This document shows, in pieces, positions 26,906 to 36,454 of a DNA stretch of 64,000 nucleotides. Source of the DNA: Gemmatimonadaceae bacterium (GTDB taxonomy: Bacteria; Gemmatimonadota; Gemmatimonadetes; Gemmatimonadales; Gemmatimonadaceae); the NCBI GenBank assembly GCA_040901985.1, contig JBBDYC010000002.1, positions 21,873-85,872 on the forward strand, in the 5' to 3' direction. How positions within the stretch are numbered: the first letter of the stretch is position 1; the number at the start of each line of letters is the position of its first letter. The translations under genes were made by a program, and so were the position numbers. Under the pieces are notes generated by a model. The model ran no database searches, was not told where the DNA came from, and worked only from the letters and a program-made list of their open reading frames with translations.

Positions 26906-27238
26906 TCAGCGACGAGGCGGTAGGTACGAGCCGGCGAGGTCCCAATGCCAGGCGTCACGACGCACGCCGTCGCGCGGATCCTTGAGCGGATGGTACTGCA
27001 GTCGCTCGGCCGGCATCCCAACGCGCGCGCCCCACGTCAGGAGGCGTTCGCGATTCGCCGAGACCAGATGCGCCATCGGCCGCCCGCGCCAGACGTGGCG
27101 GTGCATCCAGAGCCCGCCGTCCATGGCGTGAATCACGCCGTCGCGTCGCGCGGGGAACTCCAGCCACTCCAGCTGCAGTGCCTGCGCGTCCTTCGGAGGC
27201 GGCATTGGGCTGGCTCCGGCGGGACCGGAACCGCTCAC
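26906..27238 (-). CDS. DUF4031-like small protein
   Basis: MAHLVSANRERL..WGARVGM..RLQ..WHWDL pattern; GTGA overlap with pilin stop (alternative ATG at 27205). Confidence 0.55.
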   Translation of the reverse strand: MSGSGPAGASPMPPPKDAQALQLEWLEFPARRDGVIHAMDGGLWMHRHVWRGRPMAHLVSANRERLLTWGARVGMPAERLQYHPLKDPRDGVRRDAWHWDLAGSYLPPRR

Positions 27239-27624
27239 TGGCAGGCGACGACGCCCTCGACGGTCGCCGGCGCCGGTGGAGTCGACACAGCACCGGAGTA
27301 CATCGCGCAGGTCAGCGGAAAGGACTGCGGGTGGGTCGTGATCGCCGCCCAGCCGCCATTGGTCGCGCTGACCACCGTCAGCACGACACCTGGCGATGTC
27401 TGCATCTTCAGAAGCGCGAGATCCGTACCGTATGTGGCCGTCTCGTAGAAATACGCTTCCTGTGCGGTCGCGAGATTTCGAAGGTCGGCCTTCATTGACG
27501 CCGCGTTCGCCTTGCCCTTGGTGTTCTGGAATTTCGGGATGGCGATTGCCGCGAGGATCCCGATGATCACCACGACGATCAGCAGCTCGATGAGCGTGAA
27601 TCCACGGCGCGGGACCGGTGCCAT
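27235..27624 (-). CDS. Type IV pilin (prepilin)
   Basis: RRG|FTLIELLIVVVIIGILAAIAIPKF class III signal; C-terminal Cys pair. Confidence 0.93.
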   Translation of the reverse strand: MAPVPRRGFTLIELLIVVVIIGILAAIAIPKFQNTKGKANAASMKADLRNLATAQEAYFYETATYGTDLALLKMQTSPGVVLTVVSATNGGWAAITTHPQSFPLTCAMYSGAVSTPPAPATVEGVVACQ

Positions 27625-27723
27625 TCGCGTTCTGGGCTAGGAGAAAGGGCGTTTCAGGTAGTGACGCGTATCACGCCTTTCGGTGACGGACGAGCCGCTC
27701 ACCAAAAATCATACGGTGAAGAG

Positions 27724-27780
27724 AGCAAGGGCGGGGCCGCGATGGACACCGCGGCGATGTCGTTGTGGAACAACAGGTTA
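27724..27780 (-). promoter_or_regulatory. Sigma54 promoter with upstream IHF-like site for the pilin
   Basis: - strand CGGCCCCGCCCTTGCT (GG-N10-GC at 27738/27725); GAACAACAGGTTA at 27768-27780 resembles WATCAANNNNTTR. Confidence 0.6.
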
Positions 27781-27872
27781 GCTCCATTGCCGACAGAAGG
27801 GCGCTCGTCCCGGCACCGCAACCACCTTTAATTGTCGCACTCTGCAAGGCGATTGGCGACTCGACGGAGCGC

Positions 27873-30839
27873 TCAGGCCTTTGCGAGCAGCCAGTTCGGG
27901 CCGGTTCCGATGTCCACCACCAGGGGCACGTCGAGCGTAACGGCCGTGGTCATCTCGCGATCCACCAGCGCCCGTAGTGCCGCCTCTTCGGCGGCGGGAA
28001 ACTCAAAGACGAGCTCGTCGTGTACCTGAAGGAGCATGCGCGACTCCATCCGTGCGTCGCGCACCGCGTGGTGGATGTGGATCATCGCGACCTTGATCAG
28101 GTCGGCGGCGGACCCCTGGATCGGCGAGTTCTGGGCGAGGCGTTCGCCAAACGACCGGGTGTTGAAGTTCCGGTCGTTGATCTCGGGGATGTAACGCCGG
28201 CGGCGGAAGAGCGTCTCGACATACCCCCGTTCGCGCGCCTCGGCGACCGAGCGGTCGAGCCACTGGCGCACCCCGGCAAAGCGCTCGAAGTAGGTCTCGA
28301 TGAACGCCTTGGCCTCGGCGTGCTCGATCCGCAGTTGGCGCGAGAGCGCGTGCGCGCCCTGCCCGTAGATGGTCGCGAAGTTGATGGTCTTGGCGCGGGC
28401 GCGCATCTCCGCCGTCACCGCGTCCGGCGCGACACCGAAGATCACGCTGGCCGTCTGGCTGTGTATGTCGCCACCGGCCCGGAACGCGGCGACGAAGGCC
28501 GGATCGCCGGACAGGTGGGCGAGGAGCCGGAGCTCGACCTGGGAGTAGTCGGCCGCGAGAAGTTGCCATCCCGCTCTCGGGACGAACCCCCGGCGGATGT
28601 CCTTTCCGAGGTCGCGCCGGATGGGGATGTTCTGCAGGTTGGGATCGCTGGACGACAGTCGCCCGGTACTCGCCACCGTCTGGTTGAATGACGTGTGCAG
28701 CCGGCCGCTGCGCGGATTGACGAGCGCCGGCAGGGTGTCGAGATACGTGTTCTCCAGCTTGGCGAGCTCCCGGTATTCCATCAACAGCCCGGGAAGCGCG
28801 TGCCCCTCGTCGGCAAGCTCCTGGAGGACGCTGGCGTCCGTGCTCGGCCCAGTGGCGGTCTTCTTCTTCACGGGAAGGCCGAGTTTCTCGAAGAGCACCG
28901 AGCGCAACTGCGGATTCGAGGCAATGTTGAACTCCATCCCCGCCTCGACGTAGATCTGGCGCTCGAGGTCCCGCCGTGCCGCCTCGAAGCGTGTCTTCAG
29001 CGAATGGAACCAGGGTACGTCAATCGTGATCCCTGTCCACTCCATCTCGGCGAGCACTTCGACCAGCGGCAGCTCGATGTCGCGCAGCAAGGCGTCGGCG
29101 GAGTGCTCCTTGAGCTTGGGCTCGATGACGCCACGCAGGCGGAGTGCGATGTCGCTGTCGGCGCCCGAGTACTCGGCGGCGGCAGCGATCGGCACCTCGT
29201 CGAATGGAATCTCGGTCCGGCCCTTGCCGCACAGCTCCTCATAGCTGGTCATCGCGATGCCGAGCAGTTCGACCGAAAGCGCGTCGATCGCATAGGACCG
29301 GCGCCCCGGGTCGAGGACGTAGCTCGCCAGCATCGAGTCGAAGTCGAGTCCGCCGAGCGCGAGTCCGGCGCGCCGCAGCACCAGGAGGTCGTACTTCGCG
29401 TGGTGCGCGGTTTTGCGCACCTTGGCATCCTCAAGGAGCGCCCGTAGCGGTGCCATCGCGTCGGAGAGGGGCGGCGGGAGATTCACCACCGCGTGTGCGC
29501 CCTCGGCGAGGAGTCGCGCGGCGATCGAGCTGCCGACGGCCAAGCGTGACACCTTTTTCGGTGCATCGTCGAGCGCGAGCCCACTCTGCGCCTCGCTCGG
29601 CACCCGGTGCGCGAACGGCAGGTACCACGCCTTGCCCGGCGCGGTGGCGACCGAGATGGAGACGAGATTCGCCCGCATCGGCGTGATGATCGGCGGGGCA
29701 TTGGCGTCGAGCACCGTCTCGGTGTCCACGGCGATCATGCCGGCCGCGCGCGCCTCGGCGATCATCTCGGCCACCAGCTCCGGCGTGTCGGCCACGCGGT
29801 AGTCGCGTGGCGCGGCGTCGGGTGTCCCGGGAATCGACGTCGCGGCGCCCGGACCAGCGTGCGTGGCGTCGGATCTTGCGCGCGCCATCAACGGCGCGTC
29901 GGCGGGCGCCTTGCCAGCACTCCCGCCTTCGCCGGCCTCGACGGCCGCCGTACGCGCTGCCGTATTGAACTCCAGCTCGGTGAAGAGGTCGCGGAGCGCC
30001 GCCCAGTCCGGCGTGTCGAGCGTGAGCGCGTTGGCGTCGAGCGTCACCGGAAGGTCGGCCTGCAGCGTGACCAACTGCTTCGAGAGCCGTGCAGCATCGG
30101 CGTTCGCCGTCAGCGCATTGCGCGTCCTCGTCGGCTCGATCTCCGCGAGATGCTCGAGCATCGTCTCGACCGTGCCCCAGCGTTCCACGAGCGCGAGCGC
30201 CCCCTTGTCCCCGATGCCCCGCACGCCGGGCACGTTGTCCGCCGTGTCGCCGACGAGCGCGAGGTAGTCCACCACCCGCTCCGGGGGGACCCCGAGTCGC
30301 TCGTGCGCGTTCTCGACACCGTACCACTTCTCCGTGGTCCGGCCCGGCGGGCCGTGCCACGGATTCAGGATCCAGACGTTGGGTCGCACGAGCTGCAACA
30401 GGTCCTTGTCCCCCGACACGACACAGACCTCGAACCCCGCTGCGACGCCCTGTGGCGCGAGCGTGGCGATCACGTCGTCGGCCTCAAACCCCTCGAGCTC
30501 GACGATCGGGATCCGGTAGCCGCGCAGGATCTGATGGACGCGCTCGACCCCGGTGTCGAAGTCCTCCTGTTCCTCGTCCGGCAGGGCGATGCGGTTCGCC
30601 TTGTACGACTCGAGCAGGACATCGCGTCCCGACGCTCCGGCATCGTTCACCCACCCGAGATAGTCCGGCTTGTGCTTCTCGATGAGGCGGCGGAGGAACT
30701 CGCTCACGCCCTTGGCCATGCCGGTGTTCTCGCCGCGCGCATTGCGGAGCGGCGCTCCGCCGCCGAGGGCGTGGAAGGCGCGATAGATCAACGCGTAGCC
30801 GTCTATCAGGTAGAGCCGAGGGCGGCCGGGGGTCGTCAT
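27873..30839 (-). CDS. polA: DNA polymerase I
   Basis: LIDGYALIYRAFHA, EADDVIAT, GDTADNVPGV, DTET (Exo I), ADYSQVELR, RAKTINF, QVHDEL. Confidence 0.97.
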   Translation of the reverse strand: MTTPGRPRLYLIDGYALIYRAFHALGGGAPLRNARGENTGMAKGVSEFLRRLIEKHKPDYLGWVNDAGASGRDVLLESYKANRIALPDEEQEDFDTGVERVHQILRGYRIPIVELEGFEADDVIATLAPQGVAAGFEVCVVSGDKDLLQLVRPNVWILNPWHGPPGRTTEKWYGVENAHERLGVPPERVVDYLALVGDTADNVPGVRGIGDKGALALVERWGTVETMLEHLAEIEPTRTRNALTANADAARLSKQLVTLQADLPVTLDANALTLDTPDWAALRDLFTELEFNTAARTAAVEAGEGGSAGKAPADAPLMARARSDATHAGPGAATSIPGTPDAAPRDYRVADTPELVAEMIAEARAAGMIAVDTETVLDANAPPIITPMRANLVSISVATAPGKAWYLPFAHRVPSEAQSGLALDDAPKKVSRLAVGSSIAARLLAEGAHAVVNLPPPLSDAMAPLRALLEDAKVRKTAHHAKYDLLVLRRAGLALGGLDFDSMLASYVLDPGRRSYAIDALSVELLGIAMTSYEELCGKGRTEIPFDEVPIAAAAEYSGADSDIALRLRGVIEPKLKEHSADALLRDIELPLVEVLAEMEWTGITIDVPWFHSLKTRFEAARRDLERQIYVEAGMEFNIASNPQLRSVLFEKLGLPVKKKTATGPSTDASVLQELADEGHALPGLLMEYRELAKLENTYLDTLPALVNPRSGRLHTSFNQTVASTGRLSSSDPNLQNIPIRRDLGKDIRRGFVPRAGWQLLAADYSQVELRLLAHLSGDPAFVAAFRAGGDIHSQTASVIFGVAPDAVTAEMRARAKTINFATIYGQGAHALSRQLRIEHAEAKAFIETYFERFAGVRQWLDRSVAEARERGYVETLFRRRRYIPEINDRNFNTRSFGERLAQNSPIQGSAADLIKVAMIHIHHAVRDARMESRMLLQVHDELVFEFPAAEEAALRALVDREMTTAVTLDVPLVVDIGTGPNWLLAKA

Positions 30840-30849
30840 GCGGCCAAAC

Positions 30850-31452
30850 CTATCGCACCCCGAGGAGCCACGCCGCCGCTCCGGTGGCGAGGGTGACGCG
30901 CAGGTTGTCGTCGCCGAGGCGCGCCGGCCATTCTGCCGCGGCGGCGACCACGCCGAGCACGCCCGCGACGGCCCATCCGGCGGGACCAAGGAGCCAAGCG
31001 CCGAGTGCGGTTGCCAGCATACAGGCAAGGGCGCCGACGAGCGACTTTCCGCGTCCGGCGGTCGCGCGGCGGGTGGCGCCGCCGATCAATGCGGCCGCCG
31101 CATCCCCGGCCGTCCCGGCCCAGAGGGCAACGAGCGCCGTCGGCGCGGGAAAAAGCAAGACCGCCGCCAACATCACGCAGGCGAGCCAGGTCGCTCCTGT
31201 GATCGCTGCGCGCTCGTGCGGCTTCAGCCATCGGCCGAAACGGGCGTCGAAGTGCGCCGTAACGACCGGGTCGCGCCGCCGCAGATACTCGGTGGTGAGG
31301 GCGACCACGACCGCGACCGCGAGTCCGACCCGGACCGTCGTCACATCGACCAGTCCGAATCCCCAGCAGAGCGGGACGGCGGCGACCGAGAGGTGGAGGA
31401 GCTTGCGGGTTCGCCCGGTGGAGGGCGAACGCTCGGCCTCAGGACCAGTCAC
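30850..31452 (-). CDS. Phytol/dolichol kinase-cytidylyltransferase family membrane protein
   Basis: RKLLHL, KPHER..TGATW, GDAAAALIG, KSLVG, DDNLRV. Confidence 0.8.
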   Translation of the reverse strand: MTGPEAERSPSTGRTRKLLHLSVAAVPLCWGFGLVDVTTVRVGLAVAVVVALTTEYLRRRDPVVTAHFDARFGRWLKPHERAAITGATWLACVMLAAVLLFPAPTALVALWAGTAGDAAAALIGGATRRATAGRGKSLVGALACMLATALGAWLLGPAGWAVAGVLGVVAAAAEWPARLGDDNLRVTLATGAAAWLLGVR

Positions 31453-32852
31453 CGCAGGCGGCGGCGCAACTCCGTCTCGAACCGGACGGCACTCGACTGG
31501 GTCAGCCGCCAGCGCCCGGTGCCCGTCTGGTCGTAGAACACGAGCTGCAGGCTGAGACTGCGATACTCCCAGAGCTGCTGGCGATTGCGCTGGAAGTCCG
31601 TGAACGCCGGCTCGAGGATTTGGTCCGGCTCGCCGAGCACCACGAGCACCTTGCCGCGGTCGGACATCCAGCCCGGCACCCCTTCCTCACGAAAGCGGGC
31701 GTTGGTTCGCGACAGCCGCTCGAAGTAGGCGCGCAGGTCCTCGTGTTCCGCAGTGGCCGGGGTCGAATCCGTCTCGGCGAGGAAGGTCGCCCACGCGGCG
31801 GGCCGGTCGGCCTCCGGTGCGTCACGAAGGCGCTGCAATCGTGCCGCCGTCGCAAAGTAGCGGAGGAACGCGACCATATCCTCGAACCGCGCGACCGGAA
31901 GGTCCTCGCCAAATCCGACGAACACGTAGGCGCTGCTCGTGTCGGCGCTCCCCTCGGCGACAAACGAAAGCTGCGCGACCCCGATCCCCAGGCGCCCGAC
32001 CGGGACCGCGACGGTGCCGGACGCCATGCTGTCCCGCTGCTCGATCGGCACGGTCGCCGTCCAGAGCGGGCGCCCGTTCTCGTTTCGCACGATCAACTGC
32101 ACGGTGGCGTCGTCCGCGCCGTAGCGTTCGAGGTACAGCGGGATGATGCTGTCGCGGCCGAAGGTGACCGTCGCGCGCGGGCTGGTCAGGAGCTGCGGCA
32201 GCGTCTCGCGGTGGGTGCGCGGGACGACCTCGTGTACCGGGATTGGCGAGGAGAGTGCACCAGCGGCCAGCTTCGGCACGACGATCTCCAGCTGTTCCTG
32301 CACGCTCCGTTGGCTCCCGGCGTCGCGGATGGCGAGGGTGAGCGTGTAGCGACCCGGCGCCACGTCGAGGATTTCCTGGAACAATGCGCTCTCGTCGATC
32401 CGGGTGGTCTCGCGATACGTGCCGACGACAATCGTCTCTGACGCCTCGACCGCCCTTTCCCGCACGCCCGCGCGATCGAGCGTGATTGCGACCGTGTAGT
32501 TCGCGCGGAATCGGTTGTCTGCCTCTCGCATAAAGCTCACCGCGGTGACGGGGAACGACACCGCCACCACCACGTGCGTCGAGTCCGGCGTCGAGCTCCC
32601 GAGGAACCCGACGCGCCCGACGACCGGGAAGGGCAGGCCCTGCGCGATCATTCCCATCTGCCGGTAGAGCGGCGCGGGATCGAACGAGATGTTCCGTTGG
32701 TCCCGCGAGAGTCCGGGGCCCTGCGGCCGCGCCGAACCGTTCGCCGCGCCGTCACCCCGGCTCGCTCCGCAGCCGCCGAGTGCGGACGCGAGCGTCACCG
32801 CCGCCACGAGACGGGCCAGGGTGCGGTGCGAACGGCGAGGGCGGTCAAACAT
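31449..32852 (-). CDS. GWxTD domain-containing lipoprotein
   Basis: Lipobox LGGC; YFERLSRTNARF..PGWMSDRGKVLVVLGEPD..WEY. Confidence 0.8.
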   Translation of the reverse strand: MFDRPRRSHRTLARLVAAVTLASALGGCGASRGDGAANGSARPQGPGLSRDQRNISFDPAPLYRQMGMIAQGLPFPVVGRVGFLGSSTPDSTHVVVAVSFPVTAVSFMREADNRFRANYTVAITLDRAGVRERAVEASETIVVGTYRETTRIDESALFQEILDVAPGRYTLTLAIRDAGSQRSVQEQLEIVVPKLAAGALSSPIPVHEVVPRTHRETLPQLLTSPRATVTFGRDSIIPLYLERYGADDATVQLIVRNENGRPLWTATVPIEQRDSMASGTVAVPVGRLGIGVAQLSFVAEGSADTSSAYVFVGFGEDLPVARFEDMVAFLRYFATAARLQRLRDAPEADRPAAWATFLAETDSTPATAEHEDLRAYFERLSRTNARFREEGVPGWMSDRGKVLVVLGEPDQILEPAFTDFQRNRQQLWEYRSLSLQLVFYDQTGTGRWRLTQSSAVRFETELRRRLR

Positions 32853-32993
32853 CTCGATGGAGGATCGGGAGGGAGTGCGGCGCTCGGATAATCTACACCC
32901 CGACCCGTCGGAATTGGCGCGGCTGCGTCGATCCGCCGCGGTCGCACCGGTCAGTTCCTTGCAACGCCCGCGTCCCGTCGGTAGCTTCGCCGC

Positions 32994-33902
32994 GTGTCTC
33001 GCGATCCGCTCGTTGGACGATCCCTCGCCGGGTATACCCTCCTCGACCGGGTCGGAGAGGGAGGCACGGCGACCGTCTACCGGGCCCAGCACCCCGAGCA
33101 CGGCACGGTCGCGCTCAAGGTGCTCCGCGAGAAACTCCGCCAGGACCGCACGGCAGTTGCGCGCTTCGTGCGCGAGGCGAACTTCGGTACGCGGGTCACG
33201 CACGTGAACGTGATCCGGACGATCCAGACCGGGGAGGCCGAGACCCTGCCGTTCCTCGTGATCGAGTGGGCGGCCGGTGAACTCCTCGAAAGCTACGCCA
33301 AGCGCAACGCACCCTTCCCGCCGGACGAAGTGGCCGCCGTCGTCGTGCAGATCGCCGGCGCGGTCAACGCGGCGCACGAGGCGGGGATCGTGCATCGGGA
33401 CCTCAAGCCCGACAACGTGATGTACGACCACGAGAGCCGGACGGTGAAGCTCCTCGACTTCGGCATCGCCACGACGACCGACGTGACACCGGACCAGCGC
33501 CTGACGCGAGCCGGCTTCTTTGTCGGGACGTTGATGTACGTCGCGCCGGAGGCGCTGTCGGGCGAAGTGGTCTCGCCGGCGGCCGACCAGTACTCGCTCG
33601 CGACGATGGCGTACCTCTTTCTCACCGGCGCGTTGCCCTACACGGCCAAGAGCCCGCGCGAGATGTTCACGCAGCTGCTCTCACAGCCTCCAATCCCGCT
33701 CAACCAGGCCAAGCCCGACGTCCAGTATGCGCCTGCAGTCGAGGCGGTGGTCATGAAGGGGCTCGCGAAGCTGCCGACGGACCGCTACCCGAACGTCGTC
33801 GCCTTCGCCGAGGCGCTCGCCGAGGCCCTCAAGGATCCGTTCTCGCCAGACGTGCCGGCGAGCGGATTCCTCTCGCGGATGAAGGGGCTCTTCGGTCGCT
33901 AG
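32994..33902 (+). CDS. Hanks-type Ser/Thr protein kinase, no TM segment
   Basis: VGEGGTATVY, VALK, HRDLKPDN, DFG, GTLMYVAPE, DQYSL; promoter TTGCAA-N17-TAGCTT. Confidence 0.95.
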   Translation: MSRDPLVGRSLAGYTLLDRVGEGGTATVYRAQHPEHGTVALKVLREKLRQDRTAVARFVREANFGTRVTHVNVIRTIQTGEAETLPFLVIEWAAGELLESYAKRNAPFPPDEVAAVVVQIAGAVNAAHEAGIVHRDLKPDNVMYDHESRTVKLLDFGIATTTDVTPDQRLTRAGFFVGTLMYVAPEALSGEVVSPAADQYSLATMAYLFLTGALPYTAKSPREMFTQLLSQPPIPLNQAKPDVQYAPAVEAVVMKGLAKLPTDRYPNVVAFAEALAEALKDPFSPDVPASGFLSRMKGLFGR

Positions 33903-34807
33903 GCGGTGCCGCGCGGCGTCGGGTCCACCGGAAGCCAGCAGGTGAACGTGCTGCCCCGCCCGGGTTCGCTCTCCAGCGTGATGTCGCCGTCGAGGAGGCG
34001 CGCGAGGCGCCTTGTGATTGAGAGGCCGAGGCCGGTACCGCGCCGCTCCGAGTCGCCCCGTGACCCCGCGTCCACCTGCTCGAACTCCTCGAAGACCCGG
34101 GCGTGGTCCTTCTCGGCGATGCCGACTCCCGTGTCCACCACCTGCAGCGCAATCCAGGCACCGCCCGCGGCGAGCATCGGCCGCTGCCGCGTGACGCGGT
34201 CGGCCATCAGCCGCGACGGGTCGGTGACATACGCCGCCCGCAGCGTGATCGTCCCGGTCGTGGTGAACTTGACCGCGTTCCCGAGCAGGTTCACGAGGAT
34301 CTGCCGCAGGTGCATCGGGTCGGTGCTGAGCCGTGGCAGCGACGCCGGCACGTGGATCGCGAGGGCGAGGCCCTTCTCGATGATCAGCGGTTCCACCTCG
34401 CTCGCCACGTCAATCACAAAGGGGCGCAGCGAGAGCGGCTCCCGGTGGAGGTCGAGGCGGCCGGCAGAAAGCTTTGCGAGGTCAAGAATCTGATCCACGA
34501 GCAACTGCAGGTGTTCCGCCGACGCCTGCATCCGCTCGACCGGATCGACCATCCGCGGGCCGAGCTCGCCGTAGGAGCCGTCGCGCAGGAGGTCCACGAA
34601 GCCGACGATCGCCGCCAGCGGGGTGCGCAGTTCGTGCGACACGTTGGCCAGGAACTCGGATTTCGCGCGGTTGGCGCGGGCGAGTTCGAAGGAGAGGTGC
34701 TCGAGCTCGAGACTGCGTTCGCGAAGCCGGCGGCGGCGGCCGCGTTCGTAGACGAGGATCGCCATCGCACCCCCGAGGGCCGCGAGGCCGGTCACCCAGC
34801 CGAGCAT
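33899..34807 (-). CDS. Sensor histidine kinase with a single N-terminal TM and no sensor domain
   Basis: KSEFLANVSHELRTPL (H box), NLLGNAVKFT (N), DTGVGI, GTGLGL (G2). Confidence 0.93.
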   Translation of the reverse strand: MLGWVTGLAALGGAMAILVYERGRRRRLRERSLELEHLSFELARANRAKSEFLANVSHELRTPLAAIVGFVDLLRDGSYGELGPRMVDPVERMQASAEHLQLLVDQILDLAKLSAGRLDLHREPLSLRPFVIDVASEVEPLIIEKGLALAIHVPASLPRLSTDPMHLRQILVNLLGNAVKFTTTGTITLRAAYVTDPSRLMADRVTRQRPMLAAGGAWIALQVVDTGVGIAEKDHARVFEEFEQVDAGSRGDSERRGTGLGLSITRRLARLLDGDITLESEPGRGSTFTCWLPVDPTPRGTA

Positions 34808-34817
34808 CGCGCCCTCA

Positions 34818-34846
34818 TTGACCCGCTCCCTGGTGCACGGTAGCCT
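34818..34846 (+). promoter_or_regulatory. Sigma70 promoter of pyrE (leaderless)
   Basis: TTGACC-N17-TAGCCT, ATG 7 nt downstream. Confidence 0.65.
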
Positions 34847-34853
34847 CCTCCGG

Positions 34854-35405
34854 ATGGATCACCGCCTACGCCTGCTCGACCTGCTCGCCACGCGCAGCGC
34901 GCGCCGCGGCACCTTCACGCTCGCGTCCGGGAAGCAGTCCGACCTGTACATTGACTGTCGGCCGACAACGATGCACCCGGAGGGCCTCTCCCTGATTGGC
35001 CCGCTCGGGCTGCACGCAATCAGCGCGAGGTCCTGGCATCCCGATTCCGTGGGTGGCCTTACCCTCGGCGCCGATCCAATAAGCTACGCGATCGCCTACG
35101 CGAGTCAGCTCGCCGGACTCCCGGTGCGCGCCTTCACCGTGCGGAAGGAAGCGAAATCGCACGGGACCGGCAAGGTGATCGAGGGTGCCTTCGAGCGGGG
35201 CGACCGGGTGGTCGTCGTCGAGGACGTGATCACGACGGGGGGGTCGGCGCTTCGCGCGGCGGACGCGGTCCGCGCGGCCGGCGGCACGGTCGTCGGCGTG
35301 CTGGCGGTCGTCGACCGCGCCGAAGGCGGACGCTCGGCGATCGAGGCCGCCGGCTACGAGGTCGAGGCGCTCGTCACCGCCGCCGAGGTCGTCGCGCGGA
35401 TGTAG
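34854..35405 (+). CDS. pyrE: Orotate phosphoribosyltransferase
   Basis: FTLASGKQSDLYIDCR, GGLTLGADP, VRKEAKSHG, VVEDVITTGGS. Confidence 0.95.
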   Translation: MDHRLRLLDLLATRSARRGTFTLASGKQSDLYIDCRPTTMHPEGLSLIGPLGLHAISARSWHPDSVGGLTLGADPISYAIAYASQLAGLPVRAFTVRKEAKSHGTGKVIEGAFERGDRVVVVEDVITTGGSALRAADAVRAAGGTVVGVLAVVDRAEGGRSAIEAAGYEVEALVTAAEVVARM

Positions 35406-35422
35406 GGCGGACCGCGGCTACC

Positions 35423-36328
35423 TCAGGTCGCCCGGCGCATCATCGCCGGCCGCCGGTCGGCGACCGAGGGCGGCAGACGCCGCGCTGCCGGGACCGAGAG
35501 CGGCCGCAGCGTGCGGAGCGTCTCGCGGTGCGGCCGCACCAGCTCCCCGAGGAATCGCTCAAGCATCCGCTCGACCGTGTAGAGGCGCCGAAACTCCCCC
35601 GCGGTCACGTCGAGGAGATTCCGGATGTGGCGCCCGAAGCTCTGGGGGGACGAGTACTCGAGTTCGTTGGCGACGTCGGCAATCGAGTGTCCGGGATCCT
35701 CGAACAGGCGGGCGGCGCGGAGGAGGCGCGTGTAGGAGAGATATCGCTTCGGTGCCGGCAGTCGCGCGCGGAAGAAGCGGCTCATCAGCGTGCTCGGCAG
35801 GACGTCGATCCGTCCGGCGAGCTCGCGCACGGTGCCGATCCGTTCGCTCGCCGTGAAGAGCGCCTCGAAGAACGTCCACACGTCGGACGAGACCTCGCCG
35901 AGCTCGGCGCGTATTCGCCCGAGCGCCTGTCGATCCACCGCACGCGTGGCCTCGGCGGCGAGAATGCGGCGCAGCTGACTCCATCCGGCGGGCTGCCGCA
36001 CGTCCACGAGCCTGGTGATTCCCGCGTTGCCGACGCGCAGCAGCGCCTCGGCGCTGGCCGGCTCCGCGCCAAGCAGCGCGAGCGTCGGGACCGTTGGGAA
36101 CTCGCGCACGACCGCTGCCATCCGGCGGTCCGGGTGTCGGCCGCAGCGCATCACCGAGAGCAGCACCGCGCTCACGCGCCGGCGCTTGAGGTCGTCGAGC
36201 GCGGCGCCGACATCGTCGCGGTGGATCGCGCGGTAGAGCCCCTCGCCGGCGGCGTCGACGCGCCGGCGCTCGTCGGGGTCAAGCACGGTGACGACCGGCG
36301 CCGGAAGGGTGGCGGTGGGAGTGGGCAT
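35423..36328 (-). CDS. AraC family transcriptional regulator with receiver-like N-terminal domain
   Basis: C-terminal double HTH (TVRELA..STLMSRF; SIADVANELEYSSPQSFGRH); GGAGG-like SD. Confidence 0.85.
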   Translation of the reverse strand: MPTPTATLPAPVVTVLDPDERRRVDAAGEGLYRAIHRDDVGAALDDLKRRRVSAVLLSVMRCGRHPDRRMAAVVREFPTVPTLALLGAEPASAEALLRVGNAGITRLVDVRQPAGWSQLRRILAAEATRAVDRQALGRIRAELGEVSSDVWTFFEALFTASERIGTVRELAGRIDVLPSTLMSRFFRARLPAPKRYLSYTRLLRAARLFEDPGHSIADVANELEYSSPQSFGRHIRNLLDVTAGEFRRLYTVERMLERFLGELVRPHRETLRTLRPLSVPAARRLPPSVADRRPAMMRRAT

Positions 36329-36454
36329 GGCGACCTCGACGGAGGGGTGGCGGTGCGCGGACGCGGGAATCGTCGCCGGCGCCGGTCACCCGGCCGTCAC
36401 GCCGGGGCGGGGTGCCCGCTGTGGTCGTCACCGAATCCGACTAGATTTCCCCTT

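Noticed and set aside
27873..31028. 1051-aa N-terminally extended PolA from the ORF track
   Set aside because: Extension overlaps the upstream gene; ATG at 30839 has a leaderless -10 and precedes the conserved LIDG motif
31449..33431. 660-aa version of the GWxTD protein
   Set aside because: First 190 aa are antisense to the kinase; the lipoprotein signal starts at 32852
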